Shown here piece after piece: positions 13,342-30,800 of a stretch of DNA of 64,000 nucleotides (position 1 is its first letter; every line of letters starts with the position of its first letter). Origin of the DNA: Raillietiella orientalis. Its lineage: Eukaryota. The notes under the pieces were generated by a model, which ran no database searches, had not been told where the DNA came from, and saw only the letters and a program-made list of their open reading frames with translations. The translations under genes and the position numbers were made by a program. The stretch is from contig JAYWIR010000058.1 of assembly GCA_036172245.1 (NCBI GenBank), forward strand, positions 682,001 through 746,000, in the 5' to 3' direction.

Positions 13342-16120
13342 ATGGCTCAGCGAACTCCACTTAAAAAAATTCCCATTCATTTGCAGGTAGGATCTTATTT
13401 AGTCACTTATTTCGCACTAACGCCTCAAAACACATGCTATTGTGTTTTATATTTAGCACTGTATATCCGAAAGACCGCTAAAATATTTTCCCGTAGAAGA
13501 CGTCGGAAACGAAAACTTTGGGGACTTAAGAACATCAAGGCTTAAAAATTCAGCCAGCGAAATTATCGATTTTTCGTTTTCCACCAGTAATCGATTTTTT
13601 GTTAAAAATTAGAATTGGGAAAGTTTTGGCTTGAAAATGTTAACTAGTGGCTTTCAATGGGAGCTTCCGTTTAGTTTTAGAACGAATCGATCGATGAAGG
13701 AAGAAGGAATATAGGACTGTCTGTATCGAAATTACAGCAGAAGCGAGAAGACTTGCCAGGCAGAGCTCATCCGATGGTTTGCAAAAGGAAACAACAATGA
13801 CAAGCAAGAAAAAACTTTCAATGAGAAAATTCCTAGATTTGTTATATAATCCTGCTGCCTTTTGCACTGTATTAATGATGGGAAATATTGTTCCAAAGGG
13901 AAATACCGAGTCGGTTCGGACTGCAAATTCGATTAATAGTAGACTCAGTTCTGACAATGTCATGGCTTGTAAAATCAAAAATCGTTCACTTAAACTGCTA
14001 AATTATTTGTATTATTTCATTATTTGGTGTGAATGCATTAGTTCAATATACTAATAAATTATGATCCGTATTCGTGGCTGTGGTACATTTCAATATGTAA
14101 CAGGAACGTCACTTGTACCGTACAGCGCGTACATCGTAATTGTTTTTTTTTTTCTTGCTCTAGAGTGCTCAGAATCGGATATTCATCAAAGGTGGAATTA
14201 TAGTTAATGATGATCAGATGCAAGAGGGAGATGTATACATAGAAGATGGTATTATCAAGTAAGTTGAGATGGAAAGATCGTGATTTCATTATTACTACAG
14301 ACAAGTGGGCAAAGACTTAATCATTCCTGGTGGAACAAGAACTATTGATGCGAAGGGGAAGTTAGTCATGCCAGGTAATCTAATACAAAAACGTATACAG
14401 AACATTTTCCCGAAGGCGGTATCGACATGAACACTCAATTTAACCAAAGAATAAATGGCATCACTTCTGCAGATGATTTTTACCAAGGAACGAAAGCAGC
14501 CTTGTTCGGGGGGACAACGACGATTGGTAGGTCCATAACAAAAAAAAAGTGTTCTAGCCCAAGCCCTTCGCAGTGGATTTAGTGGTTCCGGACAAAAACC
14601 AATCAATTCTGGAAGCGTACGAGGAGAAACGCAGTCAAGCGGATGGCAAAGCTTGCTGTGATTATGCCCTGCGAGTCTCCGTCAACACCTGGTCGGATGC
14701 CGTGAGGAACGATATGCATAATCTTGTGGAAAGTCACGGTATCAACTGCTTCCTGTTCACCGGTGACCTACAAGATGCGGAAATGGTTGCCTTCCTGAAA
14801 GAATGCAAGTCGTTGGGCGTCTTGGCACAGTTTTTACCCGAAGGGGGCCCTCTGTTTAATGAAGTAAGTCTGCACACTGCGACTCGGGCTTGTTAGCCGT
14901 ACACCTTTTCAGAGTGAACTTAACATTATCAAGAGGGAAATCCGTGGACCCGAGGGATTTGTGATCAGCCGGCCTGAAATACTCGAAGAAGTACAAGTGG
15001 GTCGTGCCGCTGCATGCTCTTATATTGTCAACGTCCCTCTTTACGTGATTTCGGTAACCGGGCGAGAAGCTGCTGAAGAACTGGCACACAAGTGCCGTCA
15101 AGGGGTACAACTGTACGGAGAAGTATTGGCTGCTGCCTTGGCAACTGATGGTACTCATTACTGGAATCGCTGCTGGCGCCATGCTGCGGCTCATGTGACG
15201 TCGCCTCCTTTACGACCCGACCAGCTGACTTCTGCTGTCTTGCTCAACCTGTTAGCCTGTGGTGCTCTGCACACTGTTGCATCAGCGCATTGCACGTTCA
15301 AAGCATCCCAGAAGGCGCGAGGGGTTGCCGACTTCCGCCAAATCCCTAGAGGCGTTAACGGAGTTGAAGAACGGCTGTGCGTGCTGTGGGAGCACGGCGT
15401 TAGAACCGGACGTTTGGATCCGTGTGCTTTCGTTGCTTCGGTGTCGGCGAGACCGGCTCATTTCCTCAACATTTTCCCACGCAAAGGCTGCATAAGTCAA
15501 GGCTCTGATGCAGATGTGATTATCTGGAACAAAGAAATCACCCGCACGATGACCCACCGCACTCACCATTCGTCTATGGATTTTAACGTCTTCGAGGTGG
15601 GAGCTGTTTATCGCAAATCGAGATGCTCTTTTCGAGTGCAGAATGTGACCTGCTGTGGGGCCCCTCAATACGTGATCTGTGGTGGACGGATTGTGCTTGA
15701 AGACGATGATTTACGTGTCGCCCAAGGAGTTGGGCAGTTTTTACCACTGGCGCCTTTTGCTCCGTTCATATATTTTCGCGTGACCCAACGAGATCTCAAG
15801 CGCCTACCGCTCCCAATTGAGCGAGAGCCATACGATGGACCTGTGGACGAAGATCAGTGGGACGAAGTAACAGCTGATGGCTACCACGAAACGCCAGAAA
15901 CCACTCCGGAGTTTCACAGCAGACCTCCCACCAGGTCGGGAGGTCGCAACATGCAAGATTCAACATTCTCGGCTTCTGGTGAGTCTTTTTTTTTCAATTT
16001 TTTTGAAACAGCTTTTTGTTTTGTGGATACCAAGGTGCCCAGATCGATGACAAAGTGCCGATCAAATCAACCGTCAAGATTAAAGGGCCTCCTGGTGGCG
16101 CCTCGACCGGCTTTTGGTGA
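13342..16120 (+). CDS. CRMP: Collapsin response mediator protein / dihydropyrimidinase-like protein (CRMP/UNC-33 family), predicted catalytically inactive
   Basis: Eight exons: 13342-13386, 14164-14258, 14301-14374, 14416-14526, 14574-14863, 14913-15596, 15642-15978, 16035-16120; all GT-AG and frame-consistent. Motifs [73 protein letters not shown] and C-terminal PPGG.STGFW are characteristic of arthropod CRMP/DHP. Confidence 0.95.
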
Positions 16121-16354
16121 AGTTGCGATCAACTGAAGTTATAAGCTTTTCGTGAAGTATAGCGGCATTCATCTCACCTTATGTTGTATGTGTACTCCTT
16201 TATTTTGAATGGCTGGTCGTAGTGCTGCGTAGATGCAAACTTTATCCCGGTTACTTGCATTTGGATATTGCGAACTGTTCGGAAAGGCAAGGAATCGCAA
16301 GAGGATGAATCTTATTAAATGATACCAATGAACAAATCATCTGCGCAAAAATTC

Positions 16355-16360
16355 AATAAA
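16355..16360 (+). promoter_or_regulatory. Probable polyadenylation signal of the CRMP gene
   Basis: AATAAA about 235 nt after the stop, followed by a T/GT-rich tract. Confidence 0.5.
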
Positions 16361-17835
16361 AGAATTGCTTAATTGTTTATTTTGTAATTTCTCAAAATGC
16401 ACAAGTCCACCAGATTTCCATTTTTCCTCAGTTGATCCCCATTTCTTGATGTTCAACCAACCAAGTATGACAAAATTTCGCGATATCTACAGCAGAGGCG
16501 AATCATACGTCTAAGCGGTTACTGTGAGAAAACAAACGACTTTCTACTTGTTCCCGAGGTGCCTACATTAATTTAGTTTCTAATACCTTCATCGGTTTCA
16601 GCTTGGCACTGCCTGCGTATAAGTTTCGCTTGTTTTTCTGTAATAAGAATCTGTACCGGCCACGAATCTAGAAACTCCTTAATCCCATACCTCTAAAGAT
16701 GCCGAGGCATTAACTATAAACATAACGAATAAAAATTCATAAAAACATGATGCTTCAAATTGAAGTTTTTCTGTAGCAATTCACGATTCAGGGTCCTCAA
16801 ACAATATGCAGAATCATATGATAAACGTTCACTAACATGTACACAGGAAGGAACTTTCCTGTCCTGTCTGTATATTTCGCGGCACAAATCTGCCGTTTCC
16901 AATGACTCACGCGTCCAAGTTGCATACATTTTTCTAACGTCAGTTTCGTGAACATCCAATTCAATTTTGAATCGAAATGCATGGAATTTGATGCACTCTG
17001 GAAAGACCAGACTACAAAACTTCGCCTCAAATACCATTTCAGTGACCAGAAGTTTCGGCTCACTGCAAACCGGGAGTTCCAAATGCGATCACTCTGGTAA
17101 ATGGGAGCACGTTAAAAGCAACTCATTTACTTTACACTTTGGTAAATGGTCCTTTAAGTAAGTACCCATGTGGTGAATATAAGGCCAACTCAGTCGATAC
17201 ATTACATTATATATGCACACACTTTTGCATTCTCCGTCCATGCATGAGCCTACATACATTGAAATTTACAATTACGATTCCAACAATAACTGAAATTCAT
17301 CAGATTCCTTTTGCACTTGACATTTCTGTTTTCGTTAAGCCGAGTTGCTCCTTTTGTGCAAACGATCGTGACAATCTTTTAGGACTCGATGACTAATACC
17401 TCTGATAATCCAAAGCAGATTTTTTTCACTTAGACATAATTCTTTTGCAACCCTCCCAATAGACAATTGTTATGAATACCATAATGACCTTCGTTCTACT
17501 ACAAATAATCACAAATTTATCAGGCAGATAAAGCTTCCCGAAGAAGCTGGGCCTTTATTTCGAGCTGTTATTTGGTTTATGGAACAACGTTAGAATGAAA
17601 CTTCTTAGTTTTTCAAATATTTGGAAACAAAATAACATCAGTGTTTATTCAGAATTTACCACATCAAGTTCCGAACTCCAAAATATCCAATAACAATAGA
17701 AGCAATGCTTACTTAAAAGTAGTTTCCTTTTTATTTAATTTTTATTAAAGCACACTACAGACAATATCCACTTCATTGCCTTTTAGTTCCATGAGCTTGC
17801 TTTCAGTGATCCCTCTTGAACTAGCAGTAACATTA

Positions 17836-21384
<3,549 letters not shown>

Positions 21385-22146
21385 ATCTGTTACAGAATAA
21401 GAAATAAAAACAAGCTAGATTTTAATTTTATGCATATCTGAATTTGCAACTAATAAGATTGTAAAGCTACCAGTCTTCTGTTTGCCTTACTCGGGTTTTC
21501 CCTACGGAATTCTAGTAAGTCCTGTACCCTATGCCACAATCCTATCTCTTCGGTGTTGTGGAGAGCACAAGCCGCGTGACTCGAAAATGCGCTCTTGTTT
21601 TGATGTGCAGAGTTCCCATTATGAGTTCTTAACATTAATTTTTAATTAGAAAAGGCATATCATTCGATTAATTATCCAAATTTTAATTAATCACTTTCTC
21701 TTGATAAAGATAAACAATAATTCAAATTTATTGCTTATTTTACTTTTTGATTTCAATAAAGTAAGAAGTTGTGGAAGAAACTTTCTCCTATTTATTTTCG
21801 CTAGAAACGTTCTGCTATCTAATTTAACTTTCTCAAAAATAAAAGAATGTGATCCACTAATTTTCCAGACATCATCTATCAGTATATTTTCACATTAGCA
21901 AACTTTCAATAGTAGTGCATATACAGATACCTGCTTTGGAGGCACGTATACTACAAAATTAGTTCTCAAATTATTGCATACATTTGTATAACATTTTTTC
22001 TTGTTATAACTTCGGTCCTTTAATTTCAAGAATTCTAAGGTGGTAATTATTAATGGTACTGTATCGATTCAATCTATCCATTCTTTTCTTTTTAGAGAAA
22101 TATTGATTTTTCTCATATTATTCAGCTAGTATCAGTTCTACTCCAA

Positions 22147-22628
22147 GAGTTCTTTTTTTATCTTCAGTTTTTAGAGATTATTTTTCAATGTATATAGAGG
22201 CATATCCTAAGTCTAGGTCTATATATTACCGCATTATTTCAAATGTTAGAAAGAAATACAGATACTGTATTCATGATAATTAAAATTATTGAATACATTA
22301 TCTAATAAACGTATAACGTGGTGACTGCTTATCTACTGAAAGCAGTCAGGAGAAAAGAACGTCTCTCGAACATTTATCGCCATAAAATTTTGTGGTATGA
22401 TTGAACAGTACATTGGGAATAATGTTGTAATACACAAAGTATTGAATCTTTTGAGGATTGTTGGACTGTCTATTTGACAAAAACTTCATGTCATAGGAAA
22501 AGCAATGAAAACGTTATCGAATCTCCAGTCTCTGAAGCATTTCAAAGAAATGAAAATACCTAGACTTAGGACATGCCTCTACATAGATTGAAAAATAACG
22601 CTTTAAAAGTGAAGATAAAAAGAAACTC
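22147..22628. mobile_element. MITE-like element with ~70-bp imperfect terminal inverted repeats
   Basis: 22147-22217 (GAGTTCTTTTTTTATCTTCA...AGAGGCATATCCTAAGTCTAGG) is the near reverse complement of 22559-22628 (CCTAGACTTAGGACATGCCTCT...GAAGATAAAAAGAAACTC). No ORF inside; no clear TSD. Confidence 0.6.
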
Positions 22629-24288
22629 AAATATGTCCTCATATTTATTACAGAGGACACACTTGTTTAGGACATATTATATTCTATTTAATTATAAATT
22701 GATACGTAATGGGCATGGAAGTTCTCAATTGTTTTCCTTTCATTATTCATAATGAAATCTCTTGAAAAACAAAAGAAAAAGAGAGAGAGAAGAGTAGTGA
22801 GAGCTCTGTAAGAGGAACAGTAATTATAGCAAAGAATCTGAACTTTGAACACAAATGTTATGCAAATGAGATTTCTTCATCAGAAACGAAGTGATTGTTA
22901 ACATATTTTTTATCTTACGTATTTTTTTCTTAGGATATTTTTTCCTTTCTTTCTTACAGTAAAAATAGCATGTAATATTTGGTCTCATAATAATGAAGTA
23001 CTGAATGATTCTATTGTAAATAAAAGATGTCAATGTGAATAGGTTTTGCTGGTCAGTGCACTTTTCAAAGCTATCGCAATCGCTCAAGTGAATGATTCAT
23101 GCCACAGATTAGTTTTCACCTTTTAGAGTCAAATTTCTTTCCCATGCTTTCCAGACTCTGAAATTTGGGAAGCTCTATGTAGAGTTTTCTCAGGAGGAAA
23201 TATAAAAAAAGAATAATGTTAGAGCTTACTTCTGTCGCTCAAATAAAGCTTATAGTCTCGACCAGCGCCTAATAGCAAACTTCAGGCACCTTAAAACATT
23301 AATGGATTATTACTTCATTAAATTTTCATTATAATTTTATCTGATGTCATTATCGACGAAGATTAGGCCTTATATTATTATCCACATTCTGAAAAGAATT
23401 CAATATGCATTGCAACTTGAAGTGTTGCTACTTATTACAATGGGATTTCTCTTGTGATCGTTATCGTGTTTTCAGATTCCTAAAACATAAAATGGTTATC
23501 CTTTAAAAAAAGCTTGCATTTGATGATAATTTCGACGATACTTTCAGCTTCGACTTCATCAGTTTTGAAGATAGCTAGTACGTGTGTACTAGTTATCTTT
23601 TCAAAATTACCACCAGATCTCATGGTCAGAGGATTCTAAGGAGCACATTTTTAATGTCTTATGGAATATAGCATTAATTCAATGATCGTTCCTAAACCAT
23701 TCTGTGGTTTCCTCTTTCTCCAGTTATAAAGCTATCTCACAATTTCGCTGCTTAAGACAAAACCATCTGTGCTTTCTTTAATTTACGTGCCTTTCTAGAT
23801 TTTCAATTTTAAACGAAACATTCAAATTTCTGAGTATATTGTTGCTACATAAATTAGCTCTACTGCATCAGGAAAAAATGTACAGAGCCATCTGATACTT
23901 TACATCTTTCTCTGATCTCATTTCAAATATTTGACTGAACGCCTTTCATTAATCGTTGGAAATAGAGGGTTTGAAGTTCTGTACGAGATGTTCCATAAAT
24001 TAAAAGGTTGTTTTATTTCCCATTGTGAAAAAAAAAGATCAAATCAGCAAGGAGCATAAAGGATTTCATTTTAATTGTGCTCAACAAGGTCATTATATCT
24101 CCAAAAAAACGTAGATGAGATACTTTGAGTAGTAGATATTAGTTTGTCTTGTTATCGAAAACATTTGATATGTTTCTGGTCATCTACATGCTGTGATACA
24201 TTTTACTAAGAACTGAATAATCAAAACTGTACATTAATTGCAGAGTGCAATATGAAGAGTATGAACGTTTTTCTGACAGAATTACTGA

Positions 24289-24320
24289 AAATATGGGTAT
24301 GTTTAGACATACCCATATTT
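24289..24320. repeat. 14-bp perfect inverted repeat with 4-nt loop
   Basis: AAATATGGGTATGT-TTAG-ACATACCCATATTT. Confidence 0.85.
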
Positions 24321-25504
24321 CATTCATTTTAATTCTACTACTTCATAAATCAGTGATTCACACGTTTTTGTATTTCTCTTAATCTTGTATTTCTTTGAAG
24401 ACAAATCATGAAAATGTTGAGAGTTGGAGGTTCCCCTTTTAAACTCGAAGCGAAGTTTAGTTTCTATTCTGTTCCATCCAAAACTGAATCACTGTTCGCT
24501 TTCGACGGCTCTTATATTTCCGTACTAGAATACTGTTTTCTTTTTTTGGTGCTCTAGAAGAAAACAGTGGTATCTTTTTTCTAAAGAAGATAGTGTTTTG
24601 GTGATAGCTTCTCTGGAAATACGTTTGCTTGTTTTAATAACTAAATCCTATATGATAATTCTTGAAATGCACGCTTTTATTTCAGCAAAATTTATTGTTA
24701 AAACTTGCAAATCTAGTGGCAGGCTCCAAAAAGCTCCATTTTTTCAAAATGTGTCGTTTCGACGACTTTTTAGGTTTCGCATTCTTCGTGACTTGACAAA
24801 ATGAAATTGAACTTTTCTGCTTTAAAATTAGCTTGCGACAAGCAAAATGCGCTAGTTTACCATTTCTATCAGAACATGGCATCTTCGACTTTCTTTTGAC
24901 ATATACTGAGAATTGACATCTTTAATCGAATTGAGTAAAGAAACCTATGCTTAAAATTCTAGGTTTGAGTTGGATAAGCTCAAGTTTAAGTTTAGTTGGG
25001 TGTAGGTTTTATTTATATTTATTTGTCAGTGTTTGTTTTTTGCACAGTAAAAATATCAATTATGTTTATAAGGTTACAAGTTCTCGAAATATCATTCTAC
25101 TATGATATTTGTTTTTCATAAAAATGAATGCTGTATTGAAGAACAAGTATGCAATTCGTTTGATCACTTCATTACACAGTCATTGTCACTATGGTTCCAT
25201 AAAATTCTGATATCACTTCGGTTCAAAGCTTTCAAAGTCTTCATCGGAGACGAAAATTTGCACATAGTGATGATGAATGAAATTAGTTAAGTATTTTTCT
25301 CGAATAAAGTACAAAAATTCTATAAGAAACACTAATGTTTCTAAATAAGAAATTTTCTACAATATATTTTATTTATAAATACTGTATACCCTGTCTGCTC
25401 ATTTGAAAAGCGCTCTGCTGCATAACGTATTTGGCATTGGTGGTCATGTACGCCTTTTTTATATGAGGAAAGCACTTTGATAAGCAGAGAGTGAAAGTTA
25501 CATC

Positions 25505-26022
25505 ATGGGCTCAACCCTTGAAAGTTACATGAATCGTATCCTTTTATTAGCATCAGCACAGGAGTTTAGCAAAGAAAGATATCAGTGCAAATTATTTCTT
25601 TGAATATAGATAGATACTGTTTCAGTCATTACATCAGATGGGCGCATTATAGTCGTACGTAATTATTTGGGTGGCTACAAATTTTCGATTGTTTTTCTAG
25701 GGGACCCTAAAGGGATTTGATCAAACTATAAATTTAATACTGGATGAAAGTCATGAACGGGTCTACAGCTCTGCACAAGGAGTAGAACAAGTAGTGTTGG
25801 GATTATATATTATACGAGGAGATAACGTGTACGTTTTTTTCCGCTTGTATGCACAATCTGTCATGATTAGATTTGCCTCTTTATCTAGTATCGTATTATC
25901 ATTTCAGACAATTAATCAGCATAATTTTTAGGGCCTTAGTTGGTGAACTGGATGATGACTTGGATGCAAGATTGGATATGACCAGCATACGAGCAGAACC
26001 CCTAAATCCAGTAGTGCACTGA
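25505..26022 (+). CDS. LSM8: U6 snRNA-associated Sm-like protein LSm8
   Basis: Exons 25505-25535, 25614-25654, 25701-25828, 25932-26022 give MGSTLESYMNHTVSVITSDGRIIVGTLKGFDQTINLILDESHERVYSSAQGVEQVVLGLYIIRGDNVALVGELDDDLDARLDMTSIRAEPLNPVVH. Not shown in the ORF track because the exons are short. Confidence 0.96.
25536..25613 (+). other. U12-type (minor spliceosome) GT-AG intron, LSM8 intron 1
   Basis: 5' splice site GTATCCTTTT; branch-like TTCTTTGAA about 10 nt before the AG; no polypyrimidine tract. Confidence 0.8.
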
Positions 26023-26174
26023 TGAAAACATGAGCAACAAACATGTTGCATTTTTAAGAAAACTGAGCAACATTTTTCAAATATATAATGCTGAATTTTA
26101 TAACAACACAGGAAAAAGCGTATAATTGGCATACAGCCAGATGATGATTCTATGAATTCAAAATCATATTTTAT

Positions 26175-27819
<1,645 letters not shown>

Positions 27820-30800
27820 ATTTCAAACATGAGCTTCATCTATGGTTTAAAAAATGAAACTTGAATGCAGAACAGGAGGTGATATGTAGAGCATGTATAC
27901 TTCCAAAACAATTCCTTTCATATTCTAAAAGTAAACACTGCTATTTGGCCAACTCCTATTTAGAATCATCAAATGGAACAGAAAACGGATTGCTTCACAT
28001 TTGACACATTTTGCTATGCATGTAGCTCGATATTATCTTCAAAGAAAGGCTCTCCAGAAATATTCTCTTTTAAGTTAGTAATTAAGAATTACATCACCGA
28101 TTTATAAAATTGCTTCAAACATTTAGTTCGCACCTCGAATAAAGATGAACCTGTGTAATCGAGATACCCATCAAAGTAAACTACTGTGCTATGTTTCTTT
28201 CGGAAATTGACATGCCTAGATTAAAAAAAACATACTGGAAACTTTTGGGGTATTCTAAATTGTTTCACTTATATTCAATATTTACGGAACAAATGTCGTA
28301 AAATACATAGTAACTTTCAAAGTCACATTTAATGGGTTAAGCACTTGTTGTTGTTGTCCAAATTATGAATATTCCACCGCGAGCATTACAAAAAACTGAC
28401 AATTACAATCCATAATTTATTCGTACGGCATGCATTACGACAAGTGATTTAGCAACAATTCAACAGATTATCAATTTCGTTGGGCATTCACGGACTGATT
28501 TCTGTGCTCGTTTAATTCAATCTTAGAAATTACAACGAAATCCAAAAACCGAGCATGAACTGATCACGATTCAATGGCCTACAACAACATCATAACTAGC
28601 TTTATACTTAACTATGTTACAAGTCACATTAAATCACACTGAATTTTTCCCTAGTAACCACATTCAGTATTACTACATACACACATTAAGCGAAGCATGG
28701 TTCCAAATAAGAGTTACGAAATTAACTTAAAAATACAAATAACTATGAAAGTACTATATATTTAAATCGTTAAAATATAACATAGCAAATTGTGTTAATG
28801 CTTCATTCACATGAATATAATGATTGGTAAATTATTCGCTCTCTAAACAAATTTAGACCAAAGTATGCAGCTTAGTTGTCACCAAATAATCAATTACTAC
28901 ATACTCATAACTGACTATCGATTAAAGGCCTCGTATGAAGATTCGTTCTCTGAATCAGAAATTCACCAAAAAAAAAAAAAAATAGATACAGAACTCTATA
29001 ATAAACTATGAAAATTGTGATCTCCCGTTTGCATTGGTTCACGAATAAAGATCAATTATTTGTTAAATGAGATATGATAGAAACAAGTTTCAAATATAGA
29101 CTGCTTGAAGAAAATTGTACCTTTTCATGTTCTTGAATAAGCTGTTCATTTCGAGCATTTCGCTTTTAATTTCATGGAGAGGCTATGAGATTTCTTTCAA
29201 TGCAAATCCTTTTTCATTTAACCTCTCTACATATATTTATTCGATGTTTTTCTCATTTTCTAGCAATTTTGAAGCATGGAGAGACAAAATTGAGCAATTC
29301 AAAATTTCGTCTGAACAAAATTACTACACACTTTTTATTTTTATTTACCGTTATTTATTACCGTGCGGGATTTTGCTGTTTTTCAAAGCTGAGTGTAAGT
29401 AATGCAGAACAACGAAAATAAAACTGAAATTTCCATTTTGATTACAAGTTTATTGCCCTTCCTGAATCTTTCAAACCTACCAATTAATCGTTAGTATGCT
29501 TTTCAATAGATGCAGTTTTCATCTTACAAACAAAGGATAAGGAAACTTGGTTCTAAAGCTGCAGCGAATTTCAAACCAAATTTACTGCAGGACATGCTTC
29601 ATATTACGCAAAGAAAATAGATACAAACCGAACCAAATGCAATGTCGTATTGGCATTTAACGAGGATGTATACATAGAATCATGAGACATTTGAAAATGC
29701 AGTTGCAGTTTAAAAGATCTTCGTAATTGACTACAGTTCAGAAATCATTCTTATTTTTTCTTAAAAACATCTTAGCGTACATAGCAAGGTAAAAAATAGC
29801 TCTTCTCAATGTGGACTGACTGAAATCACTGGAAGTTTGTTGCGAAAAATCTAGGAAGAGTTGATTAAAAAAAGTGTTCGTTTCTTTGCAGTTAGCCAAA
29901 CTTTGTGAACCTCTTCTCCCCTCCTCCAGTTAAAACTCACGTAATTCTTTTTCGAAGTAAATTGATTACCTAGAATTTAATTTGTGGATATCAATTTATA
30001 AACCGGATTTTGATATTGTTTGGCTTCCGATTTAAATTTTTGTTTTGTTGAACAATTCACATCTTGTACTGTGATCTCACTTATTCTATGCTTGATAATT
30101 AATATAATGAAGTAGATAGCTTGAAGTTTCTTTCAACAACAATAACATTTCGACAACAGGAAGGTTGTTTACTTATTTGATCATTTCATGATTAACAAAT
30201 AGTTGATAAGATAGTCAGGAAGTTCTGTACTTATTATAATGCCAGACACCTTCACTAGGATTTCTATTTACGATCGCCATGATCAGCATCTTCGAAAAAA
30301 ATGAAAACGGAAATTCAATTCTCATCTTGTGAATAGAATTTCTTGGAAAGCAAGATTTTCTTTTTCGAGAAGCAGCCTTTCCGAGAACAAAAAAGCATTG
30401 TATTTTTCCAGAGGTGTTTGATTCCTTCGAATGAAATTTTTCAAGGCTGGTATTAACAACACAGGACTAATGGTTGTTGTGAAGGAAGCTGAAATTATAT
30501 TTTATCCCTTTCACAATTAAAAATCGAAACGACGATCTCTACTGAAATTAAAGCATAGATCTACTGATAATTTCCTAAACATAAAATTACTCTTTGCACC
30601 TGATTTGACTATTTTCAAATAGGAAACCATACAAATAGGAGCCAGGATGTAATTTCATCACATTTGTGGAAGTAACGGCTTAATTCCCTGACTTTCGAAT
30701 GGTTTCCAATGTAAATCTTCACAAACGAACTCATCGCTTCGTATCAAGCGAAGAGGCTCAATATCTTGCAGGTTCTGTATCTTTTATGAACAATTCACTA

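Noticed and set aside
16714..17082. 122-aa minus-strand ORF between CRMP and RPB5
   Set aside because: Non-ATG start, no recognisable homology and no convincing splice context.
23300..23760. Possible hAT-like transposase relic on the minus strand
   Set aside because: Only vague motif echoes with many stops; cannot be supported without a profile search.
28320..28340. ATGGG-TTAA resembling a piggyBac-type terminus
   Set aside because: No matching opposite TIR found nearby.
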